Source: Lenisia limosa
Taxonomy: Eukaryota; Protista; Breviatea
Direction: 5' to 3'
Assembly (NCBI GenBank): GCA_001655205.1
Contig: LPNZ01001133.1
Coordinates: 1-56,612 of the forward strand
Length of the DNA: 56,612 nt
The position numbers and the translations under genes are program-made. Below are positions 13,486-24,160 of this stretch, piece after piece (position 1 is the stretch's first letter; each line of letters opens with the position of its first letter). A model generated the notes under the pieces. That model had not been told where the DNA came from and made no database searches. It saw nothing but the letters and a program-made list of their open reading frames with translations.

Positions 13486-16400
13486 ATGTTATTTGATCCT
13501 TTGGAAACAATAACAACGACAATTTCGCTTTGGACATCATTCAATGGGGCGCGAACTTCGCCAGATCTCCATCTTGAAGCCTTTCTTGCCAATTACGAGG
13601 TTTGAATAAAGAAGGAAAATATGAAATTAGAAGGCAATTGCCTGAATTGTTGGTTTCTGATTGACCTCATAGTGTGATGATGATGAAAGGGAGTTTATTG
13701 AGACAGTTTTTTTGGGAATGTTTCGGTTCAAAAAGCTTCTTCAGGTGAGGTTATATGAAGCTCTTATTTATTAGTTGACGCAATCTGCATTCTATTTTCG
13801 ACACCACCCTGCTAGATCTGATTCCAACATTTACCTTATTTTGATTTATATCGTCTTGTTTCGGCTACAAACCAATGAGCAAGTTGCTGTAGGAGTCGAA
13901 TTTGAAGACATTTCTAATTTTTAGGATTTTTCCAATGTTGTGTCATCTTTAGCTCCTTTAAAAATGAGCGTTTTCCTTCATTTTTTCTGCAACAAAACAA
14001 CAATTCAAGAGTGGCTTCATGATGAGTGGATTACGCTTTACGACGAGCAATTCGTGACGGTGAGGCAATCATATTGATTCTGACTACTAGGCTGAAGTTA
14101 TCGATCCACTTATTGCGCACCTTCCACATTTGTCCAAAATCGAGGCCAAGGTGAGTAACCGTCTTGCGTTTTCTCAAGAACGCGATGATACAACGGCCGC
14201 TGAAGCAGGCAAAAGAGTAGGGAATATTCCGGGTTAACTGTACTCTAGGCTGGACTTGGTAAAACAACAAAACCGCAGGGATTCAATTTGACCAAACCAA
14301 AGCCAAGATCTCTGCCTAAGCCTGAAATTCAGCCTCGAGTTATTAAAGTTGGTGTTGTTGTTTCATTTTGATTGTTTTTTGTGATTTCTGATTTTGCATT
14401 GATTCATCATGTTTACTTTAGACCAATGATTTAATTGAGATGATGATTATTTTGTAATTTACCAACCTTAAGTGACACGAATAGTGTCTATTTTACAGAA
14501 TGTTTGAAAAAGTTCCCCAGTTTTGTCTTTTCTCATGTTTAAGGCAAGAAAAGTTCCTGAAGCTGTCAAAAGGGGTCCTGTGACCTTGCAAAAGACAATT
14601 GAAAAGGTGAGTAAGGTCTGTATAGTTATTTTGCAGACCAAGAAGAAGAACCAGGAAAAGGCGGCAAGTAAGGTGGAAGAGGCTGAGAAAAACCAGTTTT
14701 CAGTGGCCAGAAAAGATAAAATTATTGAGGCTGCAAAAGTAAGAAGCCACATTCCTTTATAGTTGTAGAAAAAGGAAGCACTTGCTCAGAAGCTTATTGA
14801 TGAAGAAGATTCTAGAATTAACATGGCGATTGAGGAAACAAAAAAGATGTCTAAAACTCCGCCTGTCTCAACAAATGTCCAGGTTTGTTTTTGGGAAAAT
14901 CCATAGGGCCTGTTGGACACACAAATAACCAGTTTAGGTCCACCTGAATGCGGCTGCTGTCATTAGAGAAGAGGCGTTATATAGGCGAAAATTGGTTGGA
15001 AAAAACACAAAGTGACTTACTTGCCTTCCAGATTGATGAAGAGGAAAGGTTATCAAAACTCGAGCAAGGGCAGAGAGATAGCTCAGAGTTTGATCAGTGG
15101 CAGGCCAAAATGAAAAAACAAGGTGCGCAATTTAAAATTGAATGGATACTTCCAGATAATGATCTTTTTGGACAATTATGCAGCCGTTTACGTTCCCAGA
15201 TGAAGACGCGGTTTTCGAGGCAATTGCAATGCGAAGAGCAGAGGCATTGTTGTCACATGAAGAAGCACAGATTGCCAAGGAAACAAGACTTGCTATTAAC
15301 CAGTAGATGGGCCATCAGAGGTTTTAAATGATATCATATGATATCTTTTAAAAATCATAAACTGCTACATACTCTTCAAAGAATATCAGAATTTTGTTGT
15401 CTTCAATATGAATATCACTACCCTTTTGTTCGTGACCTTTTTGATCACTTGTTCTTTTTTATCTTCTCAGGGAGGCTGTTTTTGAGGAGCGGGAGGAGAA
15501 GTTGCGAGTCCAGACTGAACTGGCGTACCAAAAAGAAATTGATGACATCGAGAAACGAAAACAAAACGAAGTTTGTTCCGTTTTTGTTTTTCTTAATTTG
15601 TTCACTTTTTCACTTACACTTTTAGGCTATTGCAAAAATCTCTGAAAATGCTAAACAGGCACAAATAGAAACCAAATGGAAAAAACAAAAAGAAGCTGAA
15701 AGAATGGTATTATTATTGGTTGTCTTATTCCCCTAGTCTGAAGATTTGGAGATTATGCTGGAAGAGGCAAGAAGAGAAAGGGAGCAGGAAAAAATGGTAA
15801 ATAAGATAGTCTGTTTATTGTTTCAGATTTTGGAACAAAGGATAAAAGAAATTCGAGCTTCACAACATGCGCCGAAAAAGAAGGGTGCAGAATTTGATCC
15901 ATCAAAGCCAATCGGTTACGGACTTATGGCAGAAATGAGTTTCAATGAAGTGGGTTGACAAAAATACTAAGATAACACTTTTCCCATCATATCTGTGTGT
16001 GTGTATGTGTATTTATTCGCTGCAGCTCTATATCTTTACTGATATTTAAGATGCGCAAAAGAGTTCAAGAAATAAAAAGCATTGAGGCACAAGAACGAGA
16101 GAGCAAGGTATTCATCAACTAACTGATATGTCTTATCTCCAGAGGGATAGTATACTGGAAGCTAAGCTCCAGAACGAGGAGAAGATGGGGCAGCGGTTGC
16201 AGGCGGTAGCACGACGGCGGTTTGATGCTGAGCAGGAGGCCAGGCAAAAGTGGGAAACTGTTTGTGAACGACTTGATGTTTCGTTTAATGGGCATTTTTG
16301 CAGGCGTTAAAAGTAGTTACACTGTAGACGGCAAGCAAAGGCTGAACAACAGAACAGCAAAAAGGAGAAAGAAGCAAAAATAAGGGAAGCATCTGTTCTT

Positions 16401-17171
16401 GCGTTGGCAGCAAAATTACAGAATAAGCGTCAAGGTAAGAAGAATATTGTTTTATCAAAATTTGAAAGAAGAGTTATGTAATTATTTTCTCGTATTTCTA
16501 ATAACATTTTTAACCATTGAAGAACGAGCCAAAACTATAGTTAGACTGAGGGATGAAAGAAGGGAAGCCCTTGGTGAAGCAAGATTCAGAGCAGCTGGGC
16601 GTAAACAGGTATGGCAGTCAATGCTTTTTATAAAAATGGTAATGTCTTTTTGTTGTGTGACTCTTTTTTCATGTCTCGAAATGACAGAGTAGGTTGAACA
16701 TATCAAGTGGAAAGCTCATGAGCGTCTTCAAGAATCTGGTTGGCTTCAAGACGTGGTTTCATTGATCATTTAATTTCTTGATATTCACTTCCTTAATGGA
16801 AACAGGGGCTTTGTCAAGACAGACCGCAAAGCAGAAGGAAGATTTGGCAGTGGCAAATTTGGCTTCAGCCGAGACAAGGATACGAGTAGAGGCCTCAGCC
16901 AAGTCTCAAAACGACACAATTGGTTTGTTGGCTGTTTTGAATCATCCTCTCAGCTCGAAATACTGCTTATTCCCACCGTGTTGCCGTGCAGACACTTCAA
17001 GCACAACGCGCTGTGGAGGATGAGCTCTTCGCAAAGAAGGAAAGGTGAGTCATGGAAATAGGAGAAACATCTTTACCTCTTGAATGTGCTTTACATGCTA
17101 GGGTTCGAGCGCAGCGTGAAAACGAAATTGCAACAAGAAAGAAAGAGTTTTACAAGCGAGATATTCAATAG
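13486..17171 (+). CDS. CFAP99: Cilia- and flagella-associated protein 99
   Basis: Spliced exons ERE(F)IETVFLGMFRFKKLL, WLHDEWITLYDEQFV, TTKPQGFNLTKPKPR and EFDPSKPIGYGLMAEMS, followed by a long charged coiled coil. Confidence 0.85.
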
Positions 17172-17352
17172 GTAAGACTGGTATGACAAACTTAGTAACC
17201 TGCCAGATGGTTACAAGTTGTTCTAATTGAAGGGAAGTGTCTTCTAGGACGATTCAGGTTTTTCTGTTTCTTAGTTTTTATAATCCTATGTAATGTATAA
17301 TTGTATTAAAGAAACTTGGAGAAATCAGAGCCATATCTATTTATTTGATTAC

Positions 17353-18600
17353 CTATTTAAGAGCCCACATAATGACAGGAAACAGCTCATCTGGAAATGC
17401 TAAAGCGGTTACATATCATCATATTTCAAACCGGTTTGTTTTTCTTTCAAGACTATTGATAACCCAGCTTCTTGGAATAGGCTTTCATAATGCTCTTCCG
17501 ATCTTGGATATAAGAGGACTACTTGCCTTACCTTGTAATGGAGTTATCAGACATATCAACACAAAACTCAGGGCCCCTCATGACATTTTCTTTCAACACA
17601 ATTACACCATTTTTATTGATGCCTTCTTTGCATCTTTGAAGGAAGCCGATAAAGTCCTGTACAGTAAACACAGATTTAACAAACCTCATCATGAAGGTAA
17701 ATGGCTACCCACTGAACCCAAATGCAATCGTACACGCTCTCTTCAGGGGTATAATCTTGTAGGCCACTGCAATAAATCCCCTGAATGCGACTTGCAGGCA
17801 ATGACCTAGAGTGAGTTAAAAAGGCAATATCACAGATTTATCATTAAAAAAAAATTCCCACTTAATTTTGCGTTCTCTTACTTCGCCCCTCTTTCCACTT
17901 AATTTTGCGTTCTCTTACTTCGCCCTTCTTTCCACTTAATTTTGCGTTCTCTTANNNNNNNNNNNNNNNNNNNNNNNNNNNNNNNNNNNNNNNNNNNNNN
18001 NNNNNNNNNNNNNNNNNNNNNNNNNNNNNNNNNNNNNNNNNNNNNNNNNNNNNNNNNNNNNNNNNNNNNNNNNNNNNNNNNNNNNNNNNNNNNNNNNNNN
18101 NNNNNNNNNNNNNNNNNNNNNNNNNNNNNNNNNNNNNNNNNNNNNNNNNNNNNNNNNNNNNNNNNNNNNNNNNNNNNNNNNNNNNNNNNNNNNNNNNNNN
18201 NTCAAACAAAGGTAATAGAAGCTCACGAGTTACTCTTCCGATGCCAGCTCCACAATCTAGATGTAAGAGTAGGCTTTCTTTGCCTACCAAGTGCAAGTGA
18301 AAAAGATTTGATTTGTCCCCTCTTTTTCAAGGTTCTCAAGAATGAGTTACTTCCTCTGACATCCGTCTTCGTCAGCGTTCCATAACCTCCAAGCATTCCA
18401 TCAACAGTGCTGTCAATCTTTTTCCAATAGTCATTCGCTCCATGATACCACTCTGTTGACTTCTCTGGGGTACCAACTTTCTCGTCCCACATCTCGGTGA
18501 TGGAGGAAAACACATTGCCATCAGTGCTCATTCCAACAACATCATCTTGATTTTCAGAGTCCTCTGTGAGGTCCAAAATTTCAATTTCCTCATTGGTCAT
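17353..18600 (-). CDS. NTMT1: Alpha-N-terminal protein methyltransferase (NTMT1/Tae1)
   Basis: Motifs YWKKIDSTVDGMLGGYG, ALDCGAGIGRVTRELLLPLF, YCSGLQDYTPEESVYDCIWVQW and FPDELFPVIMWAL. One exon is hidden in the N gap. There is a probable 5' UTR intron at about 18618-18678. Confidence 0.95.
17858..17954 (-). repeat. 37-nt tandem repeat (2.6 copies visible) containing a 5' splice site
   Basis: ccacttaattttgcgttctcttacttcgccc(c/t)tcttt begins at 17858, 17895 and 17932 (last copy truncated by the gap). Confidence 0.95.
17955..18201. other. Assembly gap (247 N) inside NTMT1
   Basis: Run of N abutting the 37-nt tandem repeat. Confidence 1.
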
Positions 18601-19068
18601 TCTGACTGCTGACCTGGAAGGTGAGGGTTATGAGTAGGTAAGCACAATTGTGAGTGGAGGCCAAATCTCGTTACTCACCTGTCTTTAAATCTTTAAATAA
18701 AATAACTCTAGCAAAACAGTCCTGCCAGCCTTAGGTATTCAGTCGATAAGTAGAGAAGAATGTCAATGTTGTCTGATATGAGGTGTCACGAAATCCACTT
18801 TTCCCAGCCGTTTGTGTTGTTGTGTGTGAGGTTGTTGTGCGTGTGAAAAGGTGTATGTGCGTATGAGCAGTTTAAGACAAGTTAAGATTATTTTCTGCAG
18901 CAGCCCTATATTTCGATAGTTTACGAAACAATTCGAAATTGCCTGCATTGCCATACGAAATCAATTTTGATCCACCATTCATTCATTTGAGAATTGTAAG
19001 AAAAAAAAGAGAAAAAGAAGGCTATTTTTACGCAATAAGGCCCGGAAGAGGAGAAATCTGGAGTAGAA

Positions 19069-21883
19069 ATGCTCTTCTTCGCCCTTCTTCTTCTTCTATC
19101 GCAAGTTTGTTCTTATATTTTGTTTAATTTTCAGTTTTTGGACACCTCTGGAGCATCCTTGGGGAAACATATAGGAGGTTTGGTGGAGGCATTATTGACA
19201 TTGAAGGATACGATATCAAAACGTGGCATATTGATGGACCCAACACTGAGACTGAAATTGAAAAGGCATCAAAGGTGCCATACTATGAAGCACTCCCTGT
19301 ATATATGGGGACAGCTTTGGACCGAAAAGGTTCCGAGACCGTCAGGTTTGACATTGGCTGTTCCTCATATCTAGTTACAAGGCATCTTGCTTCCAAAATT
19401 CAACCATGAGCCTCAAAGTGAATTACAAGGACAACTCTGCTAAAGTGAGTGCTGAGTATTGAGAAATAAATGTTAAATGTGACAAGGAAAGGGGAGTACA
19501 TTTGACCGACGGAAGGTTGCCAAGTCACATTCCATATTTCAATTTGGCTCGGAATTACCGATGTTTACTATTGCAGGTTATATTGGACCTCCAGGACCCC
19601 ATTGACAGGTCTTGCATTGACGTTTGTATTTTTGGAACCCTGAAGTTGTTTTTTATGGATAACACAGAACAACTCATTTTGATTTCTATTTCACATCAGG
19701 GGTGAGAACTTTTGAACTGAGTAATTTGTCACAAGAGGAGATGGGAATGGTTTGGGCGCCAAAATAAAGTAACAATCAGATGTCGACGTTTGGTGTCAGA
19801 GCCTTTTTGTACCATGGTGGTGTTATCAAAAGTCTTCAAGGAGCTCTTGCGGCTCTCCAGGGCTTTTATGACATGATTAGCTACAATCCAAGTTTGTTCA
19901 ATAGGTGGTCTTATGGCTTCAGGTGATCAAATCAGCTTTGATGAGCAGTTACAAAATATTGAGGTTTTGAAGCAATACATGGGAATTGATCCCCATCAGA
20001 GAGATAATGACAAGGTGTGAATGGGAAAGATACTGTGACGCTTGGCTTTTTCTATTGGTCTTCATTTTTCAGGGAGTTGTTCTTTCAGAAGAAGATGTCG
20101 AAAGTGGTGACGTTGTTGCTCTTTTCAGATACGATGGTATGAGTTGTTCGCAGGAATTTACACATGTACATAGAGTTTTGAATTGTCAAAGATTTAATAA
20201 TAAATCTTCGTTGGATGAACCGAAGCGAAACACTTGTTCTTGGCTAGATATTATCTATCTATTCAATACTTGTTCCTGTCTGCAACCAACTTGACTTTTT
20301 TTTTTCATATGATATACTTTTTGTTTAATACTTGCGTCAAAAACCAAAAATATGCTGACAGTGTTGTAGGTCTTGATGCTTTCCTTATGAGCACAACTGG
20401 TTCCTACGTGTCCCATGTTGGAATGGTGATTAAACATGGAGGAGAAACATATGTTCTTGAAAGTGGTGGTAATCCAGATGGAGATACTGAAATTGGGTGT
20501 AGTACATGGAAAGTTGTTTTTTTGTCTTCACCCTAGGATTGGACTGAATTCCGTTCTCAGAGACAGTTTAATGCAGCTCTGTTCCCCTTACGATCCGAAA
20601 TGAGAGCAAAGTATGACTTACATTTGATGAACAACTTCACTCTATTCCTACTACTTGGTGCTTGCTTATTCGTTCAGGTTTAATGCAACAAACGCTTGGA
20701 ACTACTTTAAAACACTTCAACACCTACCCTGGGGCTATGGCAACTCTCTTTTCAACTCTGTAAGTGACCTTTTGTAAAATTTCATCACAATATGATCTGA
20801 ACCATCATACTGACTAATGTAGATCGATGATTCGCAACCTTCATTCCCGCTGTTTCTTCAACCTGAGGTTTTACAGCTTCTTGCTTCTTTGTTGACTTTT
20901 CAGCCGGTTACACTTGGAATTCATCTGTTTGATTACTGGAAGCCTGAATTTAATGACGACTTTTTCACTGTTTGGACTGAAAATATTTTCACAATCTTTA
21001 GGAAGCTTTCAACAAGCGTTTAGGAACGAAAGACTTAACTTCCACTGACGCCCTTTATGAGGCTTGGACACGAAACATGACAATTGGAGACATGATGAAA
21101 ATCCCCGAGGATGACTCTTGGTATTTCTTTTCTTTGACATAGGTTGTATTCTGAAGACCAGGTTCCCCTGAGAGTCTGTTCTGCCTTCGTAGCCGATCTT
21201 TTAATCCATGGTGGGTGGCGTTGACTCTCTTTCCAAACTATATTTTATCATGTCATAATTGAATCAGGAGGGTTACTTCCAAAAGAAATGTCAGCAACAG
21301 AGCAAACTCCAAGAGATGTTTATATGTATGATCTCTATGTCAAGCACCCTTCAGTAAGCTGTGGTTGACTTTCGTCAGTCTTTTTTTTTACTTCTCTTTT
21401 TGGGAGTTTACTCTCCAGGATCGACCAGTGAAGTGCCAAAAAGCAGACCCTCACAAGGCTTTCTGCCAGCTTTTCGGTTGGAGGGTTTTTGAATTTTTTT
21501 TATCAGAAAACTGGTAATAACAAGGGCTATGCGTTAGTCTCCAAAAAACTGTATTCAATCTCAAATAATAATACTACATCAGTCCCAAAAAACGGTACAT
21601 GTATTACTTTGTACCCTGGATTTTCATGGCACAAATCATTAATTTGTTCACTCGCAAAAAACGGTGCTTTAGTCTCAAAAAACGGTATTTTAGTCAAAAA
21701 AAAAAACGGTGGTTTAGTCTCAATACGGTGTATTTCACAATGTTTTAGTAGACTTCCACCAATTAATGTTCAGGGCAATGGCACATGGTTCTTCCTGGGT
21801 ATTCTTCTGTCAAGCCCTATCCCCACATGAATGAGAGGTGTCCTCTGGTTGCACCTCACTTCGAAAGGCCTCAAGGTTGTTAG
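19069..21883 (+). CDS. Secreted permuted papain-like (NlpC/P60, YaeF/YiiX-type) protein of the uncharacterised plant/protist family
   Basis: Signal peptide MLFFALLLLLSQVFFG; SGDVVALFRYDG; catalytic-His-like YVSHVGMVIKHGGETYVLESGG; FNATNAWNYF..LPWGYGN; catalytic-Cys-like LRVCSAFVADL; EQTPRDVY; C-terminal LPGYSSVKPYPHMNERCP..FERPQGC. Confidence 0.75.
21534..21730 (+). repeat. Degenerate ~18-21 nt repeat array (consensus TTAGTCTCAAAAAACGGT) in a 297-nt intron
   Basis: Copies at about 21534, 21579, 21648, 21669, 21690 and 21714. Confidence 0.85.
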
Positions 21884-22057
21884 TTTATTTATTTGTTGTC
21901 ATGAAAAATGTAACATTGTGCATCAATCAGACAATATAAAAAGGATTTTCTTCTTTTACTTCCCATCCAATTTGCTAAATTAAATTATTATCGCATGAAG
22001 ACGATTGACAAAACACAAGTTGAGAATAAATAATTTTCCATCATTCTCAAATAATAC

Positions 22058-23875
22058 CTAGAGAAGGTCTTCCATTCTTGTCATATGCTTTAAGAAATAC
22101 TCGGCATAACTTCTCTGGACACGGCTCTCGTTGATAGTAATCATGTTGCCGTCGACACGGAAATTGACCTCGGAGGCAGCCTTGAATTCACCATCAAGAG
22201 GAGATCCTTCACCACCGTTCACCTGAAAAGATGAGACGAAAATTCTCACTTCAGCATGCAGGATTATACAATGTTTCAATATAAATACCTACCTTGGTAA
22301 GAGTCTTATGACGGAAAGAAAGCAAGAGTCTCTCAAGATCCTCAGCTCCCAAATAAGACTGGAGCTTTTCAATTGAAATAGAAGTATAAAGACGAAGAAC
22401 TGATGACAGAGCGGGGATGGCTTCTTGTTGCATGATTTCATTAACAAACTTGGCCTTCTGGCTCTGGAAAGGATTGGGAGCCGCAGACTCCTCCTTGGAA
22501 TAGGAAGGAACAGCGGGGGAAATGAAGACCGGAACGGCTGATTCGAACATCTCATCAAAGCTGCTCATGTCCCTTGATTGTCAATCAAATGTAATCTCCA
22601 GGAATGTGTTGAATATTAGGGTTTATTTTGATTGACCCTCGAATATTGAAGGCCAAGCATCCACCTCCCTCCCCTCCTGGAAATTGAAGGCCAAGCATAC
22701 ATGTGCTGGATTCTGGCAACCTTGTCTTGGAACTTGTCCTTGAGGGCGTTGATAATGGAGTCGTCAACAGTCAGGGTGGAAAGACCGACACAGAGTGCAA
22801 TAATTGAGAAAAGACGGTCAATGGTAGCGGCAAACTAAAAACATAAAACACACTGTCTGTCATGTGTTTTGTTTCATGAAATGTGAATAAGAAAGAAAGC
22901 ACTTCCAAACCTCAGCCTCGTTGTGGTGTCCTCTGACAAGGTACAGTAAAACATTGGAAGCAGTCTTCATGGCATCCTCATATCTTCTCATCATGAGGTA
23001 AGAGAAGGCAACATGGTAGCTCAGGCAAATGTGGCATGACATGATTCTGGTAGACATCGCCTACGAGAAATAAACCTTTCAAAGGGACCCCTACCTTCTT
23101 AGAGTTGAAATCGAAGCCCTCAAGAACCTTAAGAGCATTATAATAATCACCTAAAGTGGTGTGGATTCTGCAAAGGCTGATAATTGAGTAGTAGCCGAGC
23201 ATCTAAAGGTCAGTAAGAAGGAGACGAGAGCTGCTGTACCTTGTAAAGGGGGTGGGTAGAGAACTCAGTCTTCACATCAGGGTCTTCAAGAGTCATTCTA
23301 ATTTCAGACTTTTCAATCATTTGAACGAGGGCTCTGATCACAATCAAGGGAGACCATACATCAGTGTTATCGCCCAATCCACGGAGTTCCTCCTCAGTAC
23401 GCTGATCAACCTCAGAGCGGAAAACACAGAATTGCTCAAACTGGTGAACGTATTCATTGATCATTTCCCAGACCCATTGGTTGGGAAGGAAGAGTTCAAC
23501 AGGGTTTTCGGCATCTAGATTAGAAACAATAAATAAATACATGTGATGAAGTCAAACAAGTTACAATAATTCTGCCATGACTCAAAGAAGTCATTAAGGC
23601 TCCTGTCTTCAAAAGTAAACAAATGTCTGTAGAAAAGGTCACGATAGAGGGTCAAGAAGAGGACATCTAGATGAAAAACAAAACACAATACCATCTTCAA
23701 CAATAGGTGAGACTTCCTCAGGTGTAGGCCATGAAGAAGAATGATAATAAAGCTCAGTTAAATAGGCAAAGCGCTTAGAAACAAGATTGTCAACTGCATA
23801 AATATCTTTGTCCTTGATGGCAACCTGGAGTTGATGAAGGAACTCCTCAACTTGTTCTGGAACTTCTGAGCCCAT
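22058..23875 (-). CDS. EIF3L: Eukaryotic translation initiation factor 3 subunit L
   Basis: Motifs LYRDLFYRHLF, ESWQNYCNLFDFI, LFLPNQWVWEMINEYVHQF, LCRIHTTLGDYYNALKVL, YHVAFSYLMMRRYEDA, LRLYTSISIEKL and VNFRVDGNMITINESRVQRSYAEYF. Confidence 0.97.
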
Positions 23876-24160
23876 TTTGTTCTTTTAAAAGGACATTTTC
23901 AAAAAAAAAAAAACATAAAAAGGTGGGATCCTGTTGATCAAGAAGAAACCTTAATAAGGCAACCTCATGAAATCTTTTACTCATCAATAATCAAGTGAAT
24001 AATTAAGCTAAAAAGCTAAAAAATAATAGAACCCTGAAAGAATAAGAACTGCATTATTTAATTGGCCATTAAAGGAAATCATTCACTCAATTTCAATTCC
24101 CCATATTTGACACACTTCATGAGCATCCATCTCAAATCAGAAGATCAGAAGAGTGTTTAA

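Noticed and set aside
21534-21730. Repeat-spacer array resembling CRISPR
   Set aside because: The repeats are short and degenerate, spacer lengths vary from 1 to 50 nt, and the array is intronic.
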